From Fervidobacterium sp. (GTDB lineage: Bacteria; Thermotogota; Thermotogae; Thermotogales; Fervidobacteriaceae), in assembly GCA_049970055.1 (NCBI GenBank), contig JBMFNR010000001.1:384001-448000 (forward strand): DNA of 64,000 nt, in the 5' to 3' direction. The notes beneath the pieces were generated by a model. That model was not told the DNA's origin. It ran no database searches and was given only the letters and a program-made list of their open reading frames with translations. Positions 1-10,156 of the stretch are shown here, in pieces. The first letter of the stretch is position 1, and each line of letters opens with the position of its first letter. The translations under genes were made by a program, and so were the position numbers.

Positions 1-2295
1 CTTACCAAGCGCTAATTCACCATTGTCGGTAGCTGGACCATCTGCAATTGGCGTACCCTTTTTAACAAAATCCCCGGCATTTACGATAGGTCTTTGATTG
101 ATACAGGTATCTTGGTTTGATCTAACATACTTTAAAAGTGCATATTCATCAACGATCGGGTTGCCTTTCTTATCGTACATTGGCTGACCGTTTTCGTCGG
201 TTCTGTGTATTATTATCTTCCTTGCATCCACTTTTTTAACGATACCATCGTATTTAGCTAAGATAACGTGACCCGAGTAAATGGCAGCATAGTATTCCAT
301 TCCGGTTCCTACTAATGGCGCTTCGGGTTTTATAACAGGCACAGCTTGTCTTTGCATGTTTGAACCCATTAAGGCACGGTTAGCATCATCGTGTTCCAGG
401 AATGGAATAAGCGATGTTGTTACACTCACAATTTGCTTTGGTGAGATATCTATGAGATCAATTTCTGAGCTATTAACATACAAAATCTTTTCGAGGTATC
501 TAACTGGGACTTTTTCTTGTAAGATCTTTCCATTCTCATCGATCTTTATGGTTGAAGATGCTATTTTATAGTTTTCTTCTTCGTCGGCCGCAAGGTAAAC
601 AACTTCGTTAGTCAATTTTCCGTCCACAACTTTTCTATACGGAGTTACCAAAAATCCAAACTTGTCTATTGTGGCGTAAACTGATAAAGATGTTATAAGA
701 CCAATGTTACCACCTTCCGGTGTTTCAATAGGACACATTCTTCCATAGTGAGAGTGGTGAACGTCACGTACTTCGAACCTTGCTCTTTCCCTTTTCAAAC
801 CGCCAGGTCCAACCGCAGTTAGCCTTCTTTTGTGTGTTAACTCAGCAATTGGGTTAACTTGGTCCATAAATTGAGAAAGTGGGTTTGTTGCAAAAAAGCT
901 ATTGAGAGAAGCGATAACATTTCTTAAATTGACTAAACTTGGAATGGATATTTTATCAAGACTTGTATAGGTAGCTAGTTTTTCCTGAATTTGGTGTATT
1001 GCTTTGGAAAAAGCTCTCTCGAATTCGGACCCAATTAACTCCCCAACCGTCTTGACTCTTTTATTTGCGAGATGATCTTTTGTATCAAGCGTTTCGGGAT
1101 GCTTTTCGGTCTCTAATAGCATCCTAACAACGAGTATTACATCCATGGGGGTCAAAGCATTATATTTTTCTTCATACTCAACATTTGCAACACTTTTTTG
1201 AGATTGTCCCTCTATTTCAACCAAGTATTTTCTGTAAGCATTTGTAAGTTTCTTATTCATTTTATAGCGTCCGACTTCGGACAATTCAAATCTTTCATCG
1301 TTAAAGTAGAGATTATTCCAGTACGACTTAGCAGCGTTGTATCTGAATACCTCACCAGGTCTTAATTCCTTGTATATCTCCATGTACGCTCGTAATTCGC
1401 TGATATTTTCCTCCATCGACATTTTCAATCTTTCTTTCAATTTAACATAAGTTTTGAAAACGTATTTATTAACAACTTTTATTTTCTCAACACCATGTTC
1501 TCTTAAAATGTCAACTAACGTGCTTGTCAGCACTGAACCTTTCTGAGCAAGCATTTCACCATTTTTCGATACCACATTTTCGAGAATAATTATACCTTCC
1601 GCTTGTTTTAGCGAATAGTCATCATCTACATCTAGATATGTTGGAAAGAGCGAGAGTATATCTATGTCATTTTGAAGTCCTAAGGTTTTTAAAACAAGAA
1701 AAAGGTTAAGTCTTCTTCTCCTATCGATTCTTGCATATAGTGTCTCATCGTTCAGGTTAAGCATTATTTCAAGCCACACACCACGCACAGGGAGAAAGTG
1801 AGCAAGATATATGGGTTTTGCTCCTATGTTTTTAGTGGGTTCCTCAACAAAATACACTCCAGGGCTTCGTACAAGTTGACTCACAACAACTCTTTCAACA
1901 CCATTGATAACAAAAGTTTGATTTTCAGTCATGATTGGATAATTACCAAGTGAAACCTCTTCTTCCCTCATCTCACCAGTTGAGATGTCTGTAACTCTAA
2001 CCGTTGCGTAGAATGGAGCAACGTAAGTTAAAAGCCTTTGTTTACATTCTTCAACAGAGTGGAGAGGTTGCCCAACTCTAAAATTAACGAACTCGAGATT
2101 AAATCCTTTGTCTCTCCGGCCCTCGACTTTGGTGGAAGTAATGGGACTGAACTTTTTTAATATTCTCAGTATACCGCTACTTAAGAGTTCTTCGAAGGAC
2201 TTTCTTTGGATTTCAACAAGGTCGGGAACTTCAACGATCTCATCAACCTTACCGAAGGAATATCTTGTCCTCTTACCAACCTGGTAGGTTTTCAT
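1..2295 (-). CDS. rpoB: RNA polymerase beta subunit, 5' part (runs off the window edge)
   Basis: Not in the ORF track. Manual translation gives [16 protein letters not shown]..., [57 protein letters not shown] and GELALGK; SD GAGGTG upstream. Confidence 0.97.
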   Translation of the reverse strand, partial: MKTYQVGKRTRYSFGKVDEIVEVPDLVEIQRKSFEELLSSGILRILKKFSPITSTKVEGRRDKGFNLEFVNFRVGQPLHSVEECKQRLLTYVAPFYATVRVTDISTGEMREEEVSLGNYPIMTENQTFVINGVERVVVSQLVRSPGVYFVEEPTKNIGAKPIYLAHFLPVRGVWLEIMLNLNDETLYARIDRRRRLNLFLVLKTLGLQNDIDILSLFPTYLDVDDDYSLKQAEGIIILENVVSKNGEMLAQKGSVLTSTLVDILREHGVEKIKVVNKYVFKTYVKLKERLKMSMEENISELRAYMEIYKELRPGEVFRYNAAKSYWNNLYFNDERFELSEVGRYKMNKKLTNAYRKYLVEIEGQSQKSVANVEYEEKYNALTPMDVILVVRMLLETEKHPETLDTKDHLANKRVKTVGELIGSEFERAFSKAIHQIQEKLATYTSLDKISIPSLVNLRNVIASLNSFFATNPLSQFMDQVNPIAELTHKRRLTAVGPGGLKRERARFEVRDVHHSHYGRMCPIETPEGGNIGLITSLSVYATIDKFGFLVTPYRKVVDGKLTNEVVYLAADEEENYKIASSTIKIDENGKILQEKVPVRYLEKILYVNSSEIDLIDISPKQIVSVTTSLIPFLEHDDANRALMGSNMQRQAVPVIKPEAPLVGTGMEYYAAIYSGHVILAKYDGIVKKVDARKIIIHRTDENGQPMYDKKGNPIVDEYALLKYVRSNQDTCINQRPIVNAGDFVKKGTPIADGPATDNGELALGK

Positions 2296-2392
2296 CTCAT
2301 CACCTCTTCCTCTATCATTACACAATGGATGGAAATTTCAATTTGCGGGGAAAAAGAATGGTAAATAATAAGCCAATTATATATTAAACCAT

Positions 2393-2428
2393 AAAAACCC
2401 CGCACTGTACAGTATCGTGCGGGGTTTG
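2393..2428 (-). terminator. Intrinsic terminator/attenuator between rplL and rpoB
   Basis: Stem AAACCCCGCAC...GTGCGGGGTTT followed by a T-run on the minus strand. Confidence 0.75.
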
Positions 2429-2459
2429 ATACATAATATTATCTATTTTGAAACCTATG

Positions 2460-2843
2460 TTACTTTATTTCAACTTCTCCACCGACTTCTGTAATCTTTT
2501 TCTTAATTTCTTCCGCTTCTTCTTTCTTTACGCCTTGTTTGATGAATGCATCAGCTGCTCCGGCTTTTTCTACAAGATCCTTTGCTTCCTTAAGTCCAAG
2601 ACCTGTGATTTCTCTTACAACCTTAATAACTTCAACTTTCTTTGCACCAAAGCTCTTGAGGAGAACATCAAATGTGTCCTTTTCTTCTACTGCTGCTGCA
2701 GGAGCTGCTGCTGCAACTGGCATTGCTGCCATTACTGGAGCTGCTGCACTAACACCGAATCTTTCTTCTAACATCTTTACGAGCTCTGCAAGTTCTGCAA
2801 CTGTCAAGCTTTCAATAGCCTTTACAAGTTCTTCCAATGTCAT
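2460..2843 (-). CDS. rplL: 50S ribosomal protein L7/L12
   Basis: Ala-rich hinge and [27 protein letters not shown] at 2843 with GGAGGT SD. Confidence 0.97.
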   Translation of the reverse strand: MTLEELVKAIESLTVAELAELVKMLEERFGVSAAAPVMAAMPVAAAAPAAAVEEKDTFDVLLKSFGAKKVEVIKVVREITGLGLKEAKDLVEKAGAADAFIKQGVKKEEAEEIKKKITEVGGEVEIK

Positions 2844-2891
2844 AATATACACCTCCGTTTTAATAGTTAGCTTTAGTAGTTAAATTTCTAT

Positions 2892-3437
2892 TCACTGTTT
2901 TTCCTTTTGCTCTTTAATTGCATTAAGAGCGTACAATACGCTTCTAAGAACACCGGCAAGAGAATTAACAAGCCCACGAATGGGACCTTGTATACCACCA
3001 ACGACCATGGCGAGAAGTTGTTCTCTTGATGGTAGTTTGGAGAGTTCCTCAACTTGTTCCCCAGAGAAGAACTTTCTTTCAAGGAATAGACCTTTGCATA
3101 CGGGTGTACCCTTGTTCTCTTTAACGAAGTTGTAGTATACTTTTATGGCTTCAACTGGATCTCCCTCGGTAACGTAAAGAACAGCTGTGGGTCCGAAAAA
3201 TACGCTACTGTGTGTTTCAACCTCGTAACCTGCTTCTTTTAGAGCCATTTTCAAGAGTGTGTTTTTAACAACTGTTAATCTTGCTCCACTTCCAATCTTT
3301 TCTCTTAATGCTCTTCTAAGTTTTGTCATCTGGGCAACTGTCAAACCTCTAAAATCTGTGAAAAGAACAAGTGATGAATTTCGAAGTTCTTCTGTCAGCT
3401 CTTGCACGAGCTTTTCCTTTTCAGGTCTTCTAAGCAC
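2892..3437 (-). CDS. rplJ: 50S ribosomal protein L10
   Basis: DFRGLTVAQMTKLR, VVKNTL and LSKLPSREQLL motifs; directly upstream of rplL. Confidence 0.96.
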   Translation of the reverse strand: MLRRPEKEKLVQELTEELRNSSLVLFTDFRGLTVAQMTKLRRALREKIGSGARLTVVKNTLLKMALKEAGYEVETHSSVFFGPTAVLYVTEGDPVEAIKVYYNFVKENKGTPVCKGLFLERKFFSGEQVEELSKLPSREQLLAMVVGGIQGPIRGLVNSLAGVLRSVLYALNAIKEQKEKQ

Positions 3438-3459
3438 ATCTTCACCTCCAATCCGTTAT

Positions 3460-3585
3460 GAAAAGAAAAAAATGCCTCTTGTCGAGGCATACCAAAAGAG
3501 AACGTCAATAACTCTTGACAGATCCCTTTTGTGCCTCCTGCAGGCGCTCTTAAGAGCTTTTTTATACCTGCATTCTTCGGCTATA
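3460..3585 (-). promoter_or_regulatory. Ribosomal protein L10 leader RNA with terminator hairpin
   Basis: Minus strand reads GCCGAAGAATGCAGGT...TTAA...CCTGCAGGAGGC (L10-leader-like core), then hairpin ATGCCTC-GACAA-GAGGCAT plus a T-run just before the rplJ SD. Confidence 0.8.
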
Positions 3586-3648
3586 TCACTGGTATTTTAC
3601 CAGATATAAAGGATTGTTGGTGAATAGAATGTAACAAAATAATGAAAA

Positions 3649-5418
3649 CTAATAAACTTTAAGAGAGGGAGGAATATTTGAGAGCCAAAGTGCCAACGTT
3701 GTACCTTCCGGTGTTAATTCAAAATCGTACTTATCAACGTATAAACCTTTGTTATATATTTTAACTGGTAAATTGTTCTTTTGTGCGAGGGAATAAACCT
3801 GCTTGATTGTCCATCCTCGCAAATTCAAGTTTTGCGTATCGTTTAATATTTTTTGGCTTCGGCTTTCTGATATATAGCTCATCAGCTCTTGAACTACATT
3901 TTTAAAAAATGGTGCTGCGACTACACTACTTAATTTTTCTATCTGAGGAGAGTCTACCCATACCAAGATAGAGTATTTTTGATCCAATTCAACTTGACCA
4001 ACAAACAGAGCGGTTACATCTTTTTTCCGATTTTTCTGGGCGGTCCCGGTCTTACCATATATATTAACCCCGTCCAACTTTGCATTTATTCCTGTTCCAA
4101 TGTTCACAACATCAAGCAACATATTTTTAACGATCTGTGAGGTGGCTTGTGAAATAATCCGTTTTGATAGAACTTGCTTAGAATCATCTAATGTGGGTGA
4201 AACGTAAACGCCGTTATTAACAATTGAATTGAAGGCCGCAAGTAACTGAAGAGGTGTAACCCCAATCGATTGTCCAATTCCTATAAAAGCCCAATCTGCG
4301 AGATACCATTTATCTGGCGGATTCAACTTTCCTGGAATTTCACCGGGAAGTTCGATGCCTGTTTCTTTACCGAAACCAAAGCTTGACAATATTTCATAGA
4401 GTTTTTCCTTACCGAATGTATCAACAATTTTTTTCGTCGTCAGTATGGAAACAACATTGCAAGAGTGAACTAAACCATGGTAAAGATCGATGTCGCCATG
4501 CTTTTCGAGATCTTTAATTGTTAAACTCAGTCCATCAATTGGTTTTATGTATCCTGGGCAATAGAAATGCGTGTCAGTAGTCACCAGTCCAAGTTCGAGG
4601 GCAGCAGCAAACAAGATAGGTTTTATCGTTGATCCTGGCTCAAAGTACCCCATATAATACGTGGGCCAACTTTGAGTTGTGAGCGCGACACGTATTTTTC
4701 CTGTTTCACTTTCCATAATCAGTATACCAACTTCGCTAGCTTGCTTTTCCCCCAAATAATTTTTTGCAAACTCATACAATTTTTTTTGAAGAGCACTATC
4801 TATCGATAACCTAACATCTTTACCGTTTTCTGGATCTATCCTTGTTGTGCCTATTTTACTACCTATGAATCCTGAATACTTCACAGATGTTACACCGTCT
4901 CTAATAGGTCGTAGAATCTTGTCAAAGTACATTTCTGCTCCACTGGTGCCTACTCTCTCTTCAGTACGACCGATTATAAAATTCAGTCCAAAGTTTTGAA
5001 CAGAAACTCTTCGCTCTTCTGGTTCTATACTCACAAACCTCAGGTATTGTGTTGGTATTTTTTTTTGGATCTCATCTCTTTTAGAGAATGATCCTAACTT
5101 AACCATATTTTTTTTCTCTATATCTCCGAACTTTTCTACCAGGCCAAAATTTGAAAGCATCTTTATAAAATCCGGATCGCGTTTAAATGCGGTTCCGGCA
5201 ATTGATTTCAAATATCCTACATCCAGATATGCAGCATAAACGATTTCACTTGTTGCAAGTAAACGGCCTTTTGTATCGTAGATACTGCCACGCAATGCTG
5301 GTATCTTAGCTGATATGGCATACTGATTAGTGTATATATTGTTCCAAATTTTGAACACTAATATAGGTAATATTATCAAGAATAATGCAAGAACGATTTT
5401 GTATCGACTGTTGTTCAA
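3649..5418 (-). CDS. ftsI: Class B penicillin-binding protein (FtsI-like transpeptidase)
   Basis: N-terminal TM, RGSIYD, SxxK (EPGSTIKP), SxN (HSCNV), KTGTAQ; follows rsmH and an ftsL-like gene. Confidence 0.85.
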   Translation of the reverse strand: MNNSRYKIVLALFLIILPILVFKIWNNIYTNQYAISAKIPALRGSIYDTKGRLLATSEIVYAAYLDVGYLKSIAGTAFKRDPDFIKMLSNFGLVEKFGDIEKKNMVKLGSFSKRDEIQKKIPTQYLRFVSIEPEERRVSVQNFGLNFIIGRTEERVGTSGAEMYFDKILRPIRDGVTSVKYSGFIGSKIGTTRIDPENGKDVRLSIDSALQKKLYEFAKNYLGEKQASEVGILIMESETGKIRVALTTQSWPTYYMGYFEPGSTIKPILFAAALELGLVTTDTHFYCPGYIKPIDGLSLTIKDLEKHGDIDLYHGLVHSCNVVSILTTKKIVDTFGKEKLYEILSSFGFGKETGIELPGEIPGKLNPPDKWYLADWAFIGIGQSIGVTPLQLLAAFNSIVNNGVYVSPTLDDSKQVLSKRIISQATSQIVKNMLLDVVNIGTGINAKLDGVNIYGKTGTAQKNRKKDVTALFVGQVELDQKYSILVWVDSPQIEKLSSVVAAPFFKNVVQELMSYISESRSQKILNDTQNLNLRGWTIKQVYSLAQKNNLPVKIYNKGLYVDKYDFELTPEGTTLALWLSNIPPSLKVY

Positions 5419-5675
5419 TTTATTACATCACATCCTAATATAACCTTCGAAATTTCAAGGTCTACCACCTGTTCTTGCTGTTGAATAATAATTAAGTTCT
5501 TTCTGTATTGTTCCAATTCGGTATTCATCGCAATAATACGCTGATTCAAAATGTACGTTCCAAAGACTATCAATAGCAATAATATAAAAGGAAGCATATA
5601 CTTTAACAAACCAAGACTAACTTGACTCTCTTTCTCTAATACAACGCTTCTCTGTTTTGATCTGACCAGAGTCAT
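5415..5675 (-). CDS. Small bitopic coiled-coil protein, probable FtsL
   Basis: 86 aa with one TM helix then a heptad-like segment; position between rsmH and the PBP gene matches ftsL. Confidence 0.6.
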   Translation of the reverse strand: MTLVRSKQRSVVLEKESQVSLGLLKYMLPFILLLLIVFGTYILNQRIIAMNTELEQYRKNLIIIQQQEQVVDLEISKVILGCDVIN

Positions 5676-5794
5676 ACCTTATCCCCCTCCGCTCCGCTAA
5701 ATTGATAAGTTACCAATAACTAGTGATATGTTAAATCACTCCGCTAAGCTGTTTAGCAAAAATTGCTAAATGTTGCTTGAAATAGGTTTCAAAT

Positions 5795-6679
5795 TCAAAT
5801 TCTCTCGGCGATTCTTAGCTTTGCACTCCTTGATCTTGGATTCTCCGCTATTTCATAAGGTGAAGGGCTTATAAAATCACCTATAACTCTTAATCTCCTA
5901 TCATTTTTAAAAGCGTGTTTGACTAGTCTATCTTCGAGTGAGTGGAAAGAAATTATAACTAACCTACCACCAGGACTCAAATACTCTGGTGCAAATTCAA
6001 GAAACTTAGATATATTTTCCAACTCTTTATTGACTTCAATTCTTATTGCCTGAAATGTTTTTGTAGCGAAGTGCCTCTTTCTATTATGCACTTCTTTATA
6101 GGGAAGTGCCTTTCTAATGGTTTCAACAAGTTGTTTGGTTGAATGGATAGGGCGATTTTGCACTATACTCTTGGCAATTCTGCGTGCAAAATTCTCCTCA
6201 CCATAGTTATATATAATCTCTGCTAATTTTCCTTCAGGGTAGGTATTTACAACATGGTAGGCAGTAAGTTCATTTTCCAAATTCATCCTCATATCGAGTT
6301 GTTCGTCCTGGTTAAACGAAAAACCTCTACCTTCTGCTTTAAGTTGATAGGTAGAGACCCCTAAATCAACAAGGAGTCCATCGACCTTATGGACTTGTAA
6401 TAAATTCAGCAAGACGGGTAATTCCACGTAGGAGAATTTGTAGAGCTGCACATTCGGATAGGCTTCAAGATTTCGCTCCGCTATTTGTAATACTTCACTG
6501 TCAACATCAATACCGATAACCCTACCACCGCTTGATAATATCCGCTCCGCTATCGCTTGAGTATGTCCACCCTCTCCTACCGTACAATCCACGTACACCC
6601 CGTCCGGCTTTACAATCAGATTTTCAACCACTTCATTCAACAGTACCGGGATGTGACGTTCGTTATATACTCTATTCAT
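5795..6679 (-). CDS. rsmH: 16S rRNA m4C1402 methyltransferase
   Basis: HIPVLLNE, DCTVGEGGH, DLGVS, FQAIRIEVN, ISFHSLEDR, NPRSRSAKLR. Confidence 0.97.
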   Translation of the reverse strand: MNRVYNERHIPVLLNEVVENLIVKPDGVYVDCTVGEGGHTQAIAERILSSGGRVIGIDVDSEVLQIAERNLEAYPNVQLYKFSYVELPVLLNLLQVHKVDGLLVDLGVSTYQLKAEGRGFSFNQDEQLDMRMNLENELTAYHVVNTYPEGKLAEIIYNYGEENFARRIAKSIVQNRPIHSTKQLVETIRKALPYKEVHNRKRHFATKTFQAIRIEVNKELENISKFLEFAPEYLSPGGRLVIISFHSLEDRLVKHAFKNDRRLRVIGDFISPSPYEIAENPRSRSAKLRIAERI

Positions 6680-6906
6680 CTACTCTCCGCTCCGCTAATT
6701 TAGAAAAAGACTATTCACATTCTAGAACAAACGATGCGTATTTTGCAATTTTTTTATAAAATTCTTATATGTTTTAAAGTCCTTTATTTATAATATTTTA
6801 TGGCACTTTTCTAAATTATACTAAAGTATAGTAAAATTTAACATATGCGTAATAAGTAATTAGCCAACAACTTACACCGTAAGAGTGACCAAGTAGGGGA
6901 AAAATG

Positions 6907-6941
6907 AAAAAATAGATGGTAGCTAAGACGCTACCATCTAT
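6907..6941 (-). terminator. Intrinsic terminator of the dppA-ptb-arcC unit
   Basis: 12-bp stem ATAGATGGTAGC/GCTACCATCTAT with a T-run on the minus strand. Confidence 0.8.
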
Positions 6942-6950
6942 ATTATTCAT

Positions 6951-7886
6951 TTATGGAACAATTCGTGTCCCGGTTTCTCCATTTAAAGCTTTATCAAGAA
7001 CAGCCATGTCAGTTATAATACATTCTCTTCCAGTCGAGGAAACAAAATCGATAGCTGCTTCTATCTTTGGCCCCATGCTTCCTGCTGGGAATTGTCCTTC
7101 TTCAAGGTACTTTTTGGCCTCTTGAACCGTTAATTTATCAACCTCGAATTGATCTGGTTTTTTGTAATTTATGCAAACCTTTTCTACACCCGTGAGAATT
7201 ATAAGCACATCTGCATCGATTTCTTTCGCGAGAAGAGCACTTGCACGATCTTTATCTATAACTGCTTCGACTCCTCTTATAGTTCCATTTTCTTTTATTA
7301 CCGGTATTCCACCCCCACCAGCTGCAATGACGATAACATCATTTTTAACCAACATCTTGATAATATCCTTTTCGATTATATCAAGTGGGATAGGCGACGG
7401 TACAACCCTTCTGTATCCTCTTCCGGCATCTTCTTTCATAATCCAACCTTTTTCCTGAGTAAGTTTCTCGGCCTCCTGTTGGGAGTAGAATGGCCCAACT
7501 GGTTTCGAAGGCTTTTCGAACGCTGGATCATTTTTATCAACCTCTATCTGCGTTACTATTGCGGCTATCTTTCTTTCGATGTTTCTTTTCCTTAATTCGT
7601 TTTCAAGAGCTAGTGCTATCATGTAACCGAGGCTACCTTGTGTTTGAGCATCATTTACATCGAGTGGAAATGGTGGTATCACATGTTTAGCAAGGTCTTG
7701 CTGAACAAGTAAGTTTCCAACTTGTGGTCCGTTACCATGTGTAATGATTATGTCGTATTCGTCAAGCATAGCAGCAAGATAATGAGCGGTTTCGGACAGA
7801 TTCTTAATCATATTTTCTGCCGTTGGCTCTTCGCCTGGCCTGTTAACAGCGTTTCCACCGATAGCTACAACTGCGAGTTTTTTCAT
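6951..7886 (-). CDS. arcC: Carbamate kinase
   Basis: VAIGGNA, THGNGPQVG, KPVGPFY, RRVVPSP, EAVIDKD, GSMGPK; ATG at 7886 preferred on SD spacing. Confidence 0.95.
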   Translation of the reverse strand: MKKLAVVAIGGNAVNRPGEEPTAENMIKNLSETAHYLAAMLDEYDIIITHGNGPQVGNLLVQQDLAKHVIPPFPLDVNDAQTQGSLGYMIALALENELRKRNIERKIAAIVTQIEVDKNDPAFEKPSKPVGPFYSQQEAEKLTQEKGWIMKEDAGRGYRRVVPSPIPLDIIEKDIIKMLVKNDVIVIAAGGGGIPVIKENGTIRGVEAVIDKDRASALLAKEIDADVLIILTGVEKVCINYKKPDQFEVDKLTVQEAKKYLEEGQFPAGSMGPKIEAAIDFVSSTGRECIITDMAVLDKALNGETGTRIVP

Positions 7887-7916
7887 TTTCCACACCTCTT
7901 TTCTATATTCAAGATT

Positions 7917-8798
7917 TTAAGAAATGGCTATTGCCAAGGCAATTGAAGCAAATTTTGAATCGCTCGTATCCGCGCGAGAGATTACTATAACAGGAACTTT
8001 TGCACCAGCGATTATACCAGCTATTCTGCCATTTGCAAAGTACACCGCTGATTTACCAAGAAAGTTGCCACTATGTATATCGGGAACCACTAAAATATCA
8101 GCGTGGCCAGCAACTTCGCCCTTTACCCCCTTTACCTCAGCGGCGTATATGCTTAATGCATTGTCTATTCCGAGTGGACCATCGACTTTACAATTTTTTA
8201 TTTGCCCTCTTTCATTCATCTTGGCCAGAAGTGCTGCTTCTAGTGTTTCAGGCATATCTGGGTTGACTGTTTCTACCGCTGCGATAACACCAACTTTTGG
8301 CATTTCGTAACCAAGTCTTCGCGCAACATCTATGGCATTTTGTATGATTTGAACTTTTTGCTCAAGAGTTGGGCGAATCACCATACCACCATCCGTTATA
8401 AAGATCAGCCTGTTTAAACCTGGAACTTCCACAACTGCAACATGAGATAGGAGTCTTTCCGTCCTCAGTCCATATTCTTTATCAAGAACAGCTTTTAAAA
8501 AAGTTGAGGTTTTTACCAGTCCTTTCATAACTATATGTGCTTTACCTTCAACAACGCTTTTGATAGCTTGTTTCGATGCTTCTTCCTCTGTAGAACAATC
8601 TACAATTGGGAATTCAACACCGATTTCTTCCAAATTTTTCTCGATAATTTCCTTCTTTCCAAAGAGTATTGCCGAAACACCAAGCTCACTTGCCTCTTTA
8701 ACTGCCTTTATTGCCTCTTTATCTTCTGCACCTGCTATGGCGATAACTTTACCTCTTCCCTTTGCTAATTCGATGATATCATCAAGACTTCTAAGCAT
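7917..8798 (-). CDS. ptb: Phosphate butyryltransferase / phosphate acyltransferase
   Basis: MKGLVKT, LLSHV, TDGGM, DGPLGIDNA, DILVVPDI, SRAD. Confidence 0.85.
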   Translation of the reverse strand: MLRSLDDIIELAKGRGKVIAIAGAEDKEAIKAVKEASELGVSAILFGKKEIIEKNLEEIGVEFPIVDCSTEEEASKQAIKSVVEGKAHIVMKGLVKTSTFLKAVLDKEYGLRTERLLSHVAVVEVPGLNRLIFITDGGMVIRPTLEQKVQIIQNAIDVARRLGYEMPKVGVIAAVETVNPDMPETLEAALLAKMNERGQIKNCKVDGPLGIDNALSIYAAEVKGVKGEVAGHADILVVPDIHSGNFLGKSAVYFANGRIAGIIAGAKVPVIVISRADTSDSKFASIALAIAIS

Positions 8799-8826
8799 AA
8801 TGTACCCTCCTATCGTTGTAGAATGT

Positions 8827-9654
8827 TTATTGAAGGATTTTCGCAGCAGTGCATATGTAGGTCATTGTAAGTAACGCTTCAAAAATAACTTTATAATCTT
8901 CGTGAACAAGCCTTATTTTTCTACCATCTATGCGTTCAACCAAAGGCATCGAGGAGACTAAATCAGCCCTGAGTGTATCTGAAAACTCCACCACCATCTC
9001 AACCGGTTTATCAAACCTAAACACATCGAAGTCAGCCTTTTGCATATTAACAAGCCTTTTTGCGATGTCTTCTAATTCATCTAACAACCTTTTCATTGGT
9101 TTCATAATCGCGCTATGTCGTCCTATGGAAGTTTTTGTTTTTAAATAAAGTGCTTTTGGAATATAAGGCATAGTTTGTTCAATTAACTTATCGTCACCGA
9201 TGATACAACCAACGGGTACGTTAAATAAACCGCCAAATGCAGCATTTATAAGTGCTTCATTCATAAGTTTTCCATTGATCCAGATGTTATGTATAGAGGA
9301 ACTTGAATATGTGTGGTCCATATTTGCCTCGAGAGTACCAATACCAGCGTGATATCCGAAGAATACAATGTAATCAAACGAATTATCAATACCGTAAATC
9401 ATGTAATACTTTCTTATTCCGCCACTCACTAACTCTACGTTCGGAAATTCATCTGTGATTTCCCATGGAATGTTATCACCAAACGCATGGGAATCCACAA
9501 GGAGAATCTGTGAATCTTCTAATCCGTTTAAAAAAGCCTTAAGTTGTAATAACATAGGGTTTCTCTTGTAGTCGGAGGATTTTTTGTCAACATCGGACCA
9601 GTTTGTTACACCAGCTAACCCCTCAAAATCGAATGAAATAAATATTCTCGGCAT
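8827..9654 (-). CDS. dppA: D-aminopeptidase, M55 family
   Basis: N-terminal DFEG, DSH, GYHA, HTYSS and NE metal-binding motifs. Confidence 0.85.
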   Translation of the reverse strand: MPRIFISFDFEGLAGVTNWSDVDKKSSDYKRNPMLLQLKAFLNGLEDSQILLVDSHAFGDNIPWEITDEFPNVELVSGGIRKYYMIYGIDNSFDYIVFFGYHAGIGTLEANMDHTYSSSSIHNIWINGKLMNEALINAAFGGLFNVPVGCIIGDDKLIEQTMPYIPKALYLKTKTSIGRHSAIMKPMKRLLDELEDIAKRLVNMQKADFDVFRFDKPVEMVVEFSDTLRADLVSSMPLVERIDGRKIRLVHEDYKVIFEALLTMTYICTAAKILQ

Positions 9655-10150
9655 ATAACCACCTCGAGTCTGAAAATCTCTAGAGATTCTGAATACTTCC
9701 AGATATTTAGTAATGGTAATATTTAGTAATGGTAATATAATTATACAGAACTTTCTAAGAAAAATAAAGTCGCACGTTACTAAAAAACTTCAAGCATAAC
9801 TATGCATACTAAAGAAATTTCACTTGCTTACATTAAGTTTATAAATCAATCTGCGAGAAATGGATTTTTAATCGTAAAATGTTCTTTTGATTTAACATTG
9901 CAATAATATTAACATCTGAATTGAAAAGTTGGTTCAGAAGTTTCTAGTAATCTTAAAAGTAACATAACGTCATAAATCAGTTCATAAAGGCAAACCATCA
10001 TTCAGATGTTAACATAAAGTTAGACTTGATTTTTAACATTGACCTGTGAGATAATACCTAATGCATAACCGAAAAACCCTAAATTAACTTTGTGATTCTA
10101 TAAATTATTCTTTAGTTAAAGAGTTCTAAACGCTTTTCAAAACCTTGGGG
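9655..10150. other. Candidate replication origin / divergent promoter region
   Basis: About 500-bp AT-rich non-coding gap upstream of dnaA; gene orientation diverges here; contains tandem, inverted and short dispersed repeats. Confidence 0.5.
9703..9738. repeat. 16-bp tandem repeat, 2.25 copies (ATATTTAGTAATGGTA)
   Basis: Exact copies at 9703-9718 and 9719-9734, then ATAT. Confidence 0.9.
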
Positions 10151-10156
10151 GCCTTT

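Noticed and set aside
5960..6529. Two 11/12 matches to the T. maritima DnaA box AAACCTACCACC (5960-5971 and 6518-6529)
   Set aside because: Both lie inside rsmH and are the antisense of Gly-Gly-Arg codons (PGGRL, SGGRV), so coding constraint explains them; they are also over 3 kb from dnaA.
9655..10150. Repeats upstream of dnaA as a CRISPR array or mobile-element ends
   Set aside because: No regular repeat-spacer periodicity, no cas gene and no transposase.
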